64,000 nucleotides of DNA from Epithemia pelagica (taxonomy: Eukaryota; Protista; Bacillariophyta): positions 1,364,001-1,428,000 of the forward strand of contig OX337240.1 of assembly GCA_946965045.2 (NCBI GenBank). Reading direction: 5' to 3'. Below are positions 47,501-58,678 of the stretch, piece by piece. A program made the translations under genes and the position numbers. Below the pieces are notes generated by a model, which ran no database searches, had not been told where the DNA came from, and worked only from the letters and a program-made list of their open reading frames with translations. The stretch's first letter is position 1. Each line of letters starts with the position of its first letter.

Positions 47501-49758
47501 GATCGACAAAACATAATTGACTTCATTATTCGTTCGCGAATCCGTGATTCGGGAGCAGAGTTGGGAGAGGCTACAGTCAAGCGTGCCTCCGGCTTGGATA
47601 GCTTGGGCCGTATGATCCAGGCCCGCGTTCCATTGCACATGAAGGGAAAGCTTGATGTTCTTTTTCAAGCGTGGTGCTACTATTGGAAGAGTGAACATTG
47701 GACGGGTGGAAGAGATGGAAAATCTCTCACGCATGAACCACACGACATCGAGGAGCGTGATTCATTCACCATGGCATCGAGCGGTGATTCTGACGAACAG
47801 CCGTCCCAATTTACACAGAAAAAGGTGCAAAAGGAAAACGAGATACCCTCCTTGTACAAGCGATTCTGCCACGGTGCCTTCTACCAGCCCCTCACTTCAA
47901 TCGAAGAATATTTTGGGGAAAAGGTAGCGTTTTATTTTGCCTGGCTCCAACATACCGCATCGCACTTGGTATTCTTGACGGCCGTTGGCTTGGTGGTATT
48001 CTTGGCCCAGGTCTCGTCAGGGAACTGGGACACTCCGCTTCGCCCATATTTCTCAGTTTGTGTTATGATATGGACGTTCATCGTCCTTGTAAATTGGCGA
48101 AAACGAGCCAACTTTCTAGCTCATCAATGGGGTACGATGAACTATAAAGAGCAGGAAACGACACGGCCTCAGTTCCATGGCGAATACGTGAAAGACGAGA
48201 TCACAGGGGAAGACATTCTTCACTATCCCAAGTGGAAGCGCTGGCTGAAGTATTGTATTTCCTTTCCAATTACCCTTCTCTTCACTTTTGGCACCCTTTT
48301 TGTCATTCTTTGGGTTCACGCAAACCGTGACATGCAGTTGGCTCGCTACCTGAACGAGAAAAGCTCAAGTGAACAAGCCTTCAACCTTGAGTTTGGAATT
48401 TCCGCGCTGGGGCAAACTAAACCTGTTGTTGAGCTGGAACTAACGCGCGAGCTTCTTTTTGATCCCACCTTCTGGTTTCTATTGATCGGCATGCCAGCTA
48501 TGCTTGGGTTGTGTCTCCCTTTGCTCAATTTCATTCTCATGAGAATCTCAGTGGTAAGAATCATTTGTTGTAGTTCATTTGGGTCCTGAAGCCGTTGTCT
48601 TACTCTTGTTCCTTTGCCTGACAGCTCTTGAACAATTTCGAGAACTACCGGACAGTCTCAGAATATCGCACCCATTTGATCATCAAAGTTTTCTCTTTTC
48701 GCTTCGTCTCTCATTTTGCAGTCGCATACTACTACTGCTTTGTGTCTGTCGGGTCAACACAAGCCATTGAGAATGGTTTTCTGCGGGTGGCAGCTGCTGT
48801 CTTGGTGTATACGACAGTCGCAAGATGGTGGGAGAACTTCTTGCACGTTGTCTTTCCTATGTTGATCCGAAAAATTAAGATGCATAACTTTGGGTCAAAA
48901 CTCGGTGAGCAATTGCGGGAAATTGAACTGGAAGAAGAGGCCATCATGAGATTGACTGCAAGTAATGGAATGACGCCTGAATTAAAGAAGCGGTATATTG
49001 CCGTTGTAAACAGACGTTTGCTTCTTGACCAAGCACAAGATGACGTTTGGAATGAGCTGATGCTACCACCCCATGACAGCTTTCCAGAATACATCCAAGC
49101 CGTCATCCAGTTCACCTTCGTGTCTTGTTTCAGTGTCGTATTGCCAATCACTCCTTTAATTTGTCTGGTAAATTATCTTATCAGTATGCGTCTGGACGCG
49201 TACAAGCTATGCAAAGGAAGAAGACGTCCTCTTGCTGAAAAAACTGGTGGCATCGGCGTCTGGGAGCATCTGTTGCATATTGTGGCGGTTATATCTGTTC
49301 TGACAAACTGCTGGCTAATCGGATTCACAAGCGAACAGTTCATCTGGATCGGAGATAAGGTTGGCCAAGTCGCTTTGTTTGCGATTGTCGTTTGCTGGGA
49401 GCATCTTATGCTCCTTATCAAATACATCATGCAAACAACCATTTCGCCGCTTCACAAATCAGTCAGAGATGCCATCAAACGAGAACAGTTTGATCTTGAC
49501 GAACAAAGAAACAAATCAATGCGTAAACGAGGTCGTCGTTCGCAGTATCATCGACATTCGTCGGGACACGACGGCGTCTCCAATCTCTCTCGGTATGGTT
49601 CCAACAGTGACGACGAATCTGATGCAGCATCTTCAACATGTACATCTGTTCAGTCCGAATCTGTTTACCACGTTTCGCAACTCCCCGTTAGTTCGACCTT
49701 GACCCCAGTTTTTGCAAGCCATGGATCAGACGACGATCATCTTCTCTACAGCGCATAG
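44549..49758 (+). CDS. Anoctamin/TMEM16-family channel or scramblase with a very long N-terminus containing a PH-like domain (about 1712 aa)
   Basis: Exons 44549-48553 and 48625-49758. Motifs IEEYFGEKVAFYFAWL, WKRRANFLAHQWG, ENYRT, EYIQAVIQF, RLDAYKL and IGVWEHLL. Confidence 0.9.
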
Positions 49759-49892
49759 TCAAGTGACGGGTCAACGTTCAACAGGTTAGATCCTGCTACG
49801 CGTGACAAACAGAATTCGTGGAGTTATATGTATCGCCAGTACGGCTTCCTCACCCGACTATTGCCCGTTAACCATAAAAATGATAAACTAGT

Positions 49893-52800
49893 TTACTCCA
49901 GTGTGCTGTACTTCGCGATGTTGGAGGGAGTGATCCTTCGTCTACGGTAGAAGAGAACGTATGCCATTTCCGATACAACCTGCCGTGGGGGAATTGGATC
50001 CACTAGCTCGTCATCGAACTGAAGCCAAAGGGGTTCGGCAGATTCAGCGACAGCACGGGATGACAGTGCGGCCGATTCTTTTCCTTGGTTCGTTTCAGCC
50101 GCTTTAGCCCTCCCTCCAAGCCTCCATCCTGTTGTAGTGTCGGTGCCCTCAGTCTCAAGCAGTGTCGTGCCAAGCCCATTGAAGTCATACGCAACTTCTT
50201 CTCGTCCATCTTTTCCGCATGCAGTTGCCTTGCAAGTTGCCACATAGTGTCCGCCAGTCATACTACCATAGTGATTCATAACGGCAATCAAGTCATACAC
50301 ATGTGAGTCAGATGATTCCTCCTGTATAACGGGAGACTGGTTGTGACACCACTCGCTCAGATCTAACCCTGTCAAAGGAAAATTGACTTTCGTTGTTATC
50401 TTCTCTCTCCAGCGCGCAGACATGTTAAATCTCTTGATGTGAAACGTCAGTAGATCCGGAAGGCGCCAAAGATTCATGTGCTGACGACCCTCACGGAAAT
50501 CTTTACATCGAGGGCATCGCCAATTGTCATCCATAGATAAATTCTGAGACTTGCAAAACTCAGTAAGGCAAACTCCTAGGTCAATTCCTGAGCTACCAGG
50601 ACGAGTTCTCTTCGCTCTTTCCTTTCCAGCCTTCTGAGATTTCCGAAGTGTTTCAAGACCACTCTCTTCAACTTCCAGAGGAAGTGGCACGTAGAGTATT
50701 GAATCACGGCCACCAGACGAATTGCTGGGTTTCTTCTCGATTGACGAGTGATCTCGCCAATGGAGAATGATAATTTGCCTCGCGTTCAAGAAGTTCCCAA
50801 TTGTTCGAACCAATGAGAAAGGAAATATTTCCTCTTCGACTTCGTGGTTGTTTGCGTTTTGATGGGCGGCTTCAATGCCCGCCACACGGAGTTCAAATGG
50901 AAGACGATGCAAAAGCGCATTCACTTTCTTTATTAGAGAAACTGATACGTTGGTAACGTCAAAGCCTGGATTCCTGAACGGCTGCGCTTTTTCGCCGTCA
51001 GTGTTGCTATTCTTTTGCGAGAGACCCAGCCCGATTTTGATGTATTCTCGGTCGCAGTCGATTAACAAATCAATCAGTTCTGAGATCGCTGCTTGTGTCT
51101 TCTCATAGAGACGAGCAGCCTTATTCTCTCGGTCCATCGACGCAGGATCGTCCAGGTCAATGGGAGAGCTCCAATCAGAGTTGTACTGAAGGAAGCGTGA
51201 TGCTTGCGCCAAAATTTGAGCTCCTGCGCGAGCGTTACTCCATTCACTGTAACATTGTACATAGAATGGCTGTCCAAACAGGGCATACTGTCCAGATTCC
51301 CGGTTTGTATATCTATGATGAACAAGAAAATCAGTTGGCTTCATCTTCGGTATTGCATGAGAATACAGTGGTCGCACCCTGCCTTCATCGAAATGTTCCA
51401 TGGTGTAAGTTTCATCCCATTTCTTGGCGAAGTTGTCAAAATGAACCACCACTTCCCGTGAAACTGAAGTATGAGGTTCACCTGTTTCCTGTTCGTCGCC
51501 GGCTTCAACCTCAACTTCTTCTTCGTTCACCTCATGGTCCAAAATTTCCACAACGCTACCTTGATACCAATTGCCTCTTTTGTCCTTAGCGTCTACTCGC
51601 AGACCAAGCTTGAGGTCCGCTTCATTCCGGGGCCAGAGACTTCGCGATAGGGCCTTGGCCAAGGCCAAGGGATCACTATCCACGAGACGACACTCCTTTT
51701 CGTCCCCATACGATTCCAGATATCTTCTGATGAGCTTTTCTACTGTTGGCGAGGGCATCAGTTCGCTGTCTTGGGCATCGACAGGGCCGGCCTCTTCGTC
51801 TTCGTCAGCGGTATCCTCAAGCATCTCCTGTGGTGGATTGGAAGGGTTTCCGTTTGGTTTTAATGTCCTGGGTCTTAGAGTACTTTCAAATGCGACGATC
51901 AGTGTTGGTGCCGCCACATCTTCATGAGCTGCCTTTTTCCTCGCCAAGTGACTACAGGGGCCTTCTTTCTCCGTCAAAGGAACAATCCTGGTCTGCGAAC
52001 GAACCACTGAGTGTTCGCCTACATCATTGTTCACAACAACTGCTTCCGCACGACACAAACGAAGTCGAACACCAGGGATGCCGCACGCCTTCTGAATCCG
52101 TTGTCGGAGATCGCTTGAATCAGCCAGTCTGGACATGGCGATCACGTATTGTTCAGCGACGAACGTATCCGAAGGTGGTCCTGTCGAGGATCCAGATGAT
52201 TTCGAGTGCCTATTGCGATTGAAGCGGGTGCTCCTCTTTTCTCCCTTGCGTGGTTTGTTGAGAGTCCAAGGAGTATTAACCGCCGTTGCCCTTCGAATAA
52301 CCAGACACTGGAAAATCACATCTGCGACAGTGGGAACCGGAATAGATATAAGATTGAAAGGATCAAAATTTCGGCTCGAATACTTGCATACCGGGCATGT
52401 AACCGTGTTAAGTACTTGTCCCATTGCCACGTCCGCCATGATAGAATTGTTCCGTCTCAGAAAACGGCGCCATGCTTCATCACCCACTCTTGATAAATCC
52501 GTCTTCGCAACCCAATCATCTTCAACAGCTTCAACGTACGGCTTCTTTCGTACTCTATTACTATCTTCGTGAAGCACGTCCATCATGTAGTTAAGAAACT
52601 CTTGAGCGTCTTGCTGATCCCCGGCCGAAAACTGCGAATTGATGTGGCCAAGCTTTTGTCGGAAGTTCTTGGGCATTTTCTCACCTGTCTTGGCGCTCCA
52701 CATGGCACGTAGAAGCTCGGCAAACTCTTCCAGCAGCCGTCCACCAGTTCCTAGAGGGTTGTCCTTGTTTAAATCACCAGTGGACTTGTACTGTGCATTC

Positions 52801-55800
52801 AACAAATAAGATCGAAGTAGGGGTAGATAGCTGATGCATTGGACAGCGGAGTTCACGTAGCACGTGTTCCCCAGATTAGTCAGCCCACACGCCCCAAAAC
52901 CAGGATAGGAACATAACCTCATGTTTTCTCCGTTGTTGTTGCTTTCAACAGAACTTGTTTTCTTCACCGTTACAGGTCCCTTATTCTTGCTCGGAGACAT
53001 CGCGGTGGGTGAGTCAGCTTCGTTGGTGCTGTTTGTTCCACCGTTGGTCTTTGAGCTGTCTGAGCCGTGGTCTTGCTGGTCCGCTTCATTTGTGAACCGA
53101 CCAGCTTTGGCTAAACGGTCGGATTCCACATCAATCCATTCAACATGCCCATGCTCCTTAAAGTCGACCTTCACCTTTTTGCGCGCTCGAACATCAGACG
53201 ACTTGTATTTGTCGTACTCATCATTTTCATCATCCGTGTCTTCATCGATAATGTCCACTTCAAGAATCTGCACCAAATACCACCGCCCGGTGGAGTCCAT
53301 CGCATCAACATCCAACCCTACAAGCTTTGTCGGTTTAATCATAACATTGCCTTCTTTGTCAAGTCCCTGCATGAGATAGCGAAATTCTGTATCTTCCTCA
53401 GCCAATCGACGCACGCGCCCTGCCTTAGCGGCCGCTTCACGTGGAAACATTAACTTGCCGGCCTTGCTCATAACCGAGAACTCAAACATAACTTGGTCTC
53501 CATCGGCAAGTCCACTGCTCTCGACCGTGGCATTGTCTGTGTAGGTTCGCCAATTTGCTTTGATTTCTTCCAAAGCGGTGGGTGACAGCTCACCTTCTTC
53601 TTGCGAGACAAGTGTGCCATGTCGATTCTTGCACAACAAATTCCATGGTCCATATCTCGGGACAGGTTCTTGTTTCCCACCAGACCCATTTGGTTCCACC
53701 TTTTTCCAGAGTCGTCCCATGCCACGTCCATCCGAATCATATGGCTTGTAGACTTGCAACGAGAAGCGGACAACAATTTCTCCAAAGAATCGCCACAAGG
53801 GTTGGTCAGGTAAGGCCATGACACGAATAGTGATGGTACCCGCATCCCCTCGACGGTACGGTTGCAATGGGTCACAAAGTGAGCAATGAATGATCCAAGG
53901 ACGAACCGCCACATTTAACTTGAAATCAGCCACTTGGCTGGAATTCTTGGTATCATTCTTGTTCTCTCCATTCTCTGTCGACTCGTCTGCATCAAGTTTG
54001 CTACTGTCATTGCCGTTGTTGTAGTAGCTACTCGATGGTGGTAGGACCATGCGTGGGAGAGGTGGTCCTCCTCCATAAATTTCATACAATACATCCCAGA
54101 CACCAGGTGGTAACAGGAGATATTCGGGTGGGGAAGTGGATTGCTCCAGTTCTTCTTTCATGGGTTCGTACGATCCCAATGAACCTGGAATGTTGGTATC
54201 CGTATTCTTCTCCAAAAGTGTCTCGGTGGACATATCGCCTGGTCGTAACAAGGTCTGTCGACGTTTCCCAGCTACTCCAAATCCTGTGTAGGCAACCCAT
54301 TGATTCCACCACTGACGATCGACACAGTACAAGACGCCATATCCTGTACCTCCACAACCATCAATGCCACCCAATCCACCCCACACCGACGACGATAAGA
54401 CACGTCGATGTCGGTCGGCTAACAAGGCATCTCGTTTCAAAACACCTCCATTACTCACACCATTGCTCTTGTTGTCCGTCTTTAGTTTTTCATGCCAGAC
54501 GGAATGCCATTCCTTCCATTTGGCTTGCACTAAATCACGTTCCATAGAGAAGCTGGGCAACACACCTGATCCAAACAATCGATAAAAGCAGGCATCCAAT
54601 GCCACGTCGTCCAATTCACGATCGGCCCAGGCCTTGAATTCTTCCAGAGTCCACATGGACGAGGAGGACGCGGATGACGACGCTATATCTTCCAGTACTT
54701 TGCTCGCCGCCGTTGCCAAATCGACATCCTCATAATCCGCATCACTCTTGTTGTTGTTGTTATTGGCGTATTCAAAGAGTTGCAAAAATCTCATGACTTC
54801 GGAAGGAGGAACAATGGCTTCGGGCGCCGCCATGCCCGATCCTTCCTCAATATTGACTGCACCATGACTGCTGTTGTTCAAGCCATTGCCATTCGAATTG
54901 TTGGCATTCGCTGCCGGGTCACTGAATTGATTGCTCATTCGTTTGATAAAGCTTCCACCCTGTCGTCGACCAGGAGAGGGCGACCGTGGTTGTCGAGGCT
55001 GTGATGACGACGACGATGCTTGCGGTGCTTGCGCTTGCAATAATTGTGGTGGAAGTTGAGGCGACGAGGACGAATCGTCCGCTTCGGAGGAATCTTCCCG
55101 AACCCACAAGAGTCGTTGAATCAAATTCCATACAGCATTGGAAGGTACGGCAATGGGTGTTCGTGATTGACTGCGAGCAAAGGAGGGAATGGAAATCGGT
55201 TCTCGTTCCGAAGAGGACGACTTGGATTTTGCTTTGCTTTTTGCCCTCTTTTCGTCTTCGGATAGACTCGCGTCGTCGTCGGTATTGTTGGTGTGATTGG
55301 GAGTATCCTCCTTGGAGTCGTCTTTGACTGGTTTCTCCTGCACGGGCAAAAAGGCGGTTCCAAAGTAATGATAATGCGTCAAGGAGGCCAAGGAAACGAC
55401 ATGTTCATGCCCGACTTCCAACAACCAAGTGGGAACCCCTCCGGCCGGATGAGCCTCCAAAAAGTCTCTCAAAACGGACGATGGCACGCAGAGGTAAAAG
55501 AGTAATTGCAATCGTTGCGTCCGCGATCCTCGCAAGGCCAAGGCCATGAGAAAGACCACATTTTGCAATTGGACACCGGCCGGTAAGACGGGTGGTTCTG
55601 TCACATCCGGAACAATACTGGGTTTGGGCATGGGCCAAAGCGAAGATGTTGTTGTTGTTGATGATGATGATGATGGTTGTTGTTGTTTGGCGGAATGATT
55701 GACGTCCATATCCATATTGGCTGCCTTGGCGGTTTGTCCAGCCACACTGGCGACTCGAGACCACAGTGTTTCTGATAAATACAAGAGCAAGGTATAGACA

Positions 55801-56852
55801 TTGTCCAAGACATTCACGTCCGGTGTCAATTGTTGAGGGGATGTGTTTGGTTGCGAGGGCGACGACCGGCCACCCGCATTGGTATTATTGTTGTTGTTGT
55901 TATTGGTGGACGTTGTCGTTGTGGAGTGCATGCCGCTGCTGTGGGGGACCAGTTTCCACAATTTGGAAATGACATGAAGCGACAACAAATGTTGTTGTTG
56001 TGCCAATTGGAAGGCTTCTGCTTCGGCCTTGGCTGTGGCCGATGTGGAGGAAAAGACTCGACTGACAAATTTGTTATTGGAAGGTGTGACCGTACTCGAG
56101 GTTTCCATTTGTTTCAACAGGGTTCGTAACCGTCGTTGGACAAAGGTGACTTCGGTAGCGGACAATCGATTGGTGAGTCGACTTCGTAACATGTCCAAGC
56201 ACGACGGTACATCGGCTGGATCCAACAAATGCATGGATTGTGTTTGCCACAAGAACGTCCATTGTTGTTCGACCGAAAGTGCCGTGCCATTTCGTTTGTT
56301 GGCGTTATTAGTCGTATTGTTGTTGAGCGTGGCAATGGCGGCCAAGGCTTGGGAGGCATCTCCTTGCGACCAAGAATCTTCGCGGACACGCGTGGCCGGC
56401 GCATGACTATTGCTGGCCGTGGCAGTCCCTCCTTCCAGATTGGAAGGATGCGATCCATTCATGGAGCTACTACCACCACCACGACTCTTTTTGGATCGCA
56501 TCCGACCCAACCGTGACGACGCTTCATTGGACGATGCCGCTGCAGCCGCTGTGGCACCGGATTTTTGCGGCGAGGAGGGTGTTGAAGTGCTAATGGTGGG
56601 TGGCGAGGAGGAGGAGGAGGGTCCCTGCGGCTTGGCGGTGGTTGTAGAAGCAGCAGCAGCAGCACCCGTGGCAGCAGGAGCTGCCGATTGGCTTGGTGGT
56701 CGTGGTGGCGCAGAGGATTGTGGCACAGTATTGGTCGACGATTTGACCATTGTGGGTTGTGAATGGACTGGATATGAGGAGGGAGACGGAGGCATTCCAT
56801 CTCCACTCGTCATGGGATCCATGACGGCCATTTTGGAATTGGCGCAACCCAT
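49893..56852 (-). CDS. Large ubiquitin C-terminal hydrolase (USP32/USP4-like, DUSP + UCH), 2319 aa
   Basis: Cys box GLTNLGNTCYVNSAVQC, QQDAQEF, His box NHYGSMTGGHY. DUSP-like YCVDRQWWNQW..PGDMST..YLLLPPGVW..IYGGGP. N-terminus MGCANS. Confidence 0.93.
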   Translation of the reverse strand: MGCANSKMAVMDPMTSGDGMPPSPSSYPVHSQPTMVKSSTNTVPQSSAPPRPPSQSAAPAATGAAAAASTTTAKPQGPSSSSSPPTISTSTPSSPQKSGATAAAAASSNEASSRLGRMRSKKSRGGGSSSMNGSHPSNLEGGTATASNSHAPATRVREDSWSQGDASQALAAIATLNNNTTNNANKRNGTALSVEQQWTFLWQTQSMHLLDPADVPSCLDMLRSRLTNRLSATEVTFVQRRLRTLLKQMETSSTVTPSNNKFVSRVFSSTSATAKAEAEAFQLAQQQHLLSLHVISKLWKLVPHSSGMHSTTTTSTNNNNNNNTNAGGRSSPSQPNTSPQQLTPDVNVLDNVYTLLLYLSETLWSRVASVAGQTAKAANMDMDVNHSAKQQQPSSSSSTTTTSSLWPMPKPSIVPDVTEPPVLPAGVQLQNVVFLMALALRGSRTQRLQLLFYLCVPSSVLRDFLEAHPAGGVPTWLLEVGHEHVVSLASLTHYHYFGTAFLPVQEKPVKDDSKEDTPNHTNNTDDDASLSEDEKRAKSKAKSKSSSSEREPISIPSFARSQSRTPIAVPSNAVWNLIQRLLWVREDSSEADDSSSSPQLPPQLLQAQAPQASSSSSQPRQPRSPSPGRRQGGSFIKRMSNQFSDPAANANNSNGNGLNNSSHGAVNIEEGSGMAAPEAIVPPSEVMRFLQLFEYANNNNNKSDADYEDVDLATAASKVLEDIASSSASSSSMWTLEEFKAWADRELDDVALDACFYRLFGSGVLPSFSMERDLVQAKWKEWHSVWHEKLKTDNKSNGVSNGGVLKRDALLADRHRRVLSSSVWGGLGGIDGCGGTGYGVLYCVDRQWWNQWVAYTGFGVAGKRRQTLLRPGDMSTETLLEKNTDTNIPGSLGSYEPMKEELEQSTSPPEYLLLPPGVWDVLYEIYGGGPPLPRMVLPPSSSYYNNGNDSSKLDADESTENGENKNDTKNSSQVADFKLNVAVRPWIIHCSLCDPLQPYRRGDAGTITIRVMALPDQPLWRFFGEIVVRFSLQVYKPYDSDGRGMGRLWKKVEPNGSGGKQEPVPRYGPWNLLCKNRHGTLVSQEEGELSPTALEEIKANWRTYTDNATVESSGLADGDQVMFEFSVMSKAGKLMFPREAAAKAGRVRRLAEEDTEFRYLMQGLDKEGNVMIKPTKLVGLDVDAMDSTGRWYLVQILEVDIIDEDTDDENDEYDKYKSSDVRARKKVKVDFKEHGHVEWIDVESDRLAKAGRFTNEADQQDHGSDSSKTNGGTNSTNEADSPTAMSPSKNKGPVTVKKTSSVESNNNGENMRLCSYPGFGACGLTNLGNTCYVNSAVQCISYLPLLRSYLLNAQYKSTGDLNKDNPLGTGGRLLEEFAELLRAMWSAKTGEKMPKNFRQKLGHINSQFSAGDQQDAQEFLNYMMDVLHEDSNRVRKKPYVEAVEDDWVAKTDLSRVGDEAWRRFLRRNNSIMADVAMGQVLNTVTCPVCKYSSRNFDPFNLISIPVPTVADVIFQCLVIRRATAVNTPWTLNKPRKGEKRSTRFNRNRHSKSSGSSTGPPSDTFVAEQYVIAMSRLADSSDLRQRIQKACGIPGVRLRLCRAEAVVVNNDVGEHSVVRSQTRIVPLTEKEGPCSHLARKKAAHEDVAAPTLIVAFESTLRPRTLKPNGNPSNPPQEMLEDTADEDEEAGPVDAQDSELMPSPTVEKLIRRYLESYGDEKECRLVDSDPLALAKALSRSLWPRNEADLKLGLRVDAKDKRGNWYQGSVVEILDHEVNEEEVEVEAGDEQETGEPHTSVSREVVVHFDNFAKKWDETYTMEHFDEGRVRPLYSHAIPKMKPTDFLVHHRYTNRESGQYALFGQPFYVQCYSEWSNARAGAQILAQASRFLQYNSDWSSPIDLDDPASMDRENKAARLYEKTQAAISELIDLLIDCDREYIKIGLGLSQKNSNTDGEKAQPFRNPGFDVTNVSVSLIKKVNALLHRLPFELRVAGIEAAHQNANNHEVEEEIFPFSLVRTIGNFLNARQIIILHWRDHSSIEKKPSNSSGGRDSILYVPLPLEVEESGLETLRKSQKAGKERAKRTRPGSSGIDLGVCLTEFCKSQNLSMDDNWRCPRCKDFREGRQHMNLWRLPDLLTFHIKRFNMSARWREKITTKVNFPLTGLDLSEWCHNQSPVIQEESSDSHVYDLIAVMNHYGSMTGGHYVATCKATACGKDGREEVAYDFNGLGTTLLETEGTDTTTGWRLGGRAKAAETNQGKESAALSSRAVAESAEPLWLQFDDELVDPIPPRQVVSEMAYVLFYRRRRITPSNIAKYSTLE

Positions 56853-58678
56853 GGTGTGTATAAATTATGCGCGGCTCGTTCCAACCAGGAACAACACACG
56901 TGTGTGCTCACTCCAGAAGCCACTCTTCCAAAAGCTGTCTGTCTTGGATGGTCAATTGGTAGATGTCTGGTACTGCCGTCTTGCTGCCAATGTGCACTTT
57001 TTTGTTGGCACACCAAGAAAATTCAATCAACACAACCCTTTTTAAGGAATGAGGAAAGGCTGCCAATTTAGTGCTGAACTGCCCTTTACGGACTTTCCCA
57101 GTTGGTGTGTGCGCTGACAGGATCTGTCTTTGTGACACGCAAGAACCAACCTGTTTCGATCGCACTGGATGTACCACCAACGTGCCAAACGCAGTGGAAT
57201 CTGTAGTGTGCTGGGTTCCAATTTCCAATGGGCTCTCCAACCACTGGATCCTGGTTGCTCTTTTCAGTGTCGATTCTCGTGTGGACGACGAAGCGATCCG
57301 TTCCCCGATAGAGAGAGAGAGAGACGGACCGCGACAGAGAGACGCCAAGGCTCTCGATGATCTACAGAGAGACCTCGAGGAAAGACAAAACAGACTCTCG
57401 AAAGAGAGATTGAGGAGGGAGATTGAGAGAATGAAGAGATGCCGCTAAGTGCCACCAACACACACAAAGCGACCATGATGGTGCTCCGAAAATTCTTCAG
57501 CGTTCTGACTCTGTAAAAGAAATATTAGAAATCAATGTTTAAAAGCATGTTCTCGCTGAGGTGTCTTCATTTTCAGGAACTCCCAAGCGTGACATAGAGA
57601 GAGGGATCGTACAACCCCAATCTCCTAATGCTTTAGGAAAGGGTCGGGGGCCATTTTTGGCCACGAGCCGGATCTACTAAATCTTTGCACAATTCCCGGG
57701 AAGCCGTTGGACGATGGGTTTTCCAAGATCCGGCAATTGTGATCCAACCGATGAGTTGTCTCTGCAAACTGAGGGGACATGCGGGGGGAGTCGTAACTCT
57801 ATGTCCTCCGGGACATCCAAAACTACCCCAGCAAAACTAAAGAGACAATGGCATGGATCATCCACACAAGTTCGACTATACTGGTTGTTGGTATAAAAGT
57901 TCAGGGACGACCAACCAAAACAAAGATGGTTGCGTAAACCGCGTCCACAACAACAGCTCCTTCCACAAAAAGGAAAGCTTTGTACTTGGTGGATGTTCCA
58001 AGTCGGTCGGGTATAGACAAGCGTTCCGTCCTTCGGAATTATCGCATCTCCTCTACGAACGACCAATGTGGCGTGGACGACAACGCTACCATAAGCCAAT
58101 TGTCCACTTTTGTACCTTGCATATGGGACTGGAATCCTGCGTCGTGCTCATTGATATGCCATTGCCAAATATCTCACGCGACCACATGTAGTCCTTTGTT
58201 GGTAAATCTCTCATGGATCTTCGTCTCACGTTCTTTCTTTCCTGTTGGGGGTCATTCTTGTATATTCGTCCCTTTTCAGACTTTTCTAGGTCAACAGTTT
58301 TCTATTTCTATGGCAACACCCCGCCCCCGTTTGCCGCAGAACAGTTGCTTCCACTCTTGGTGGAACCTGTATTGCATTTGAGGGATCGTTGATCGTTGCT
58401 CCCGGCAATTCCCACCAAGAACCTCTGTACGCAAAACGACCCGGGAATCCAGAGCCAATTGCGATTGGAAGAACACAAGGCGTATTATGAAAAGCCCCAA
58501 GGACAGATCCAAAAGGTTCTCGTTTGGAACCACCAGCTGAATGTACAAGAGTTTATTCGGAATGGATCCATGATGATACCTTCCATTGTCCTTGCGCGTC
58601 ATGGTCCTGTCAAGGTGATTGCATACACTTTCGGGAGTCACCGGGTGGGAGACGGTGTTTTCCCATGACAGCGCTGTG

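Noticed and set aside
57071-57448. Small coiled-coil ORF (PET117-like?)
   Set aside because: The hydrophobic segment and the charged tail are in different frames and the resemblance is too weak. It includes a GA microsatellite.
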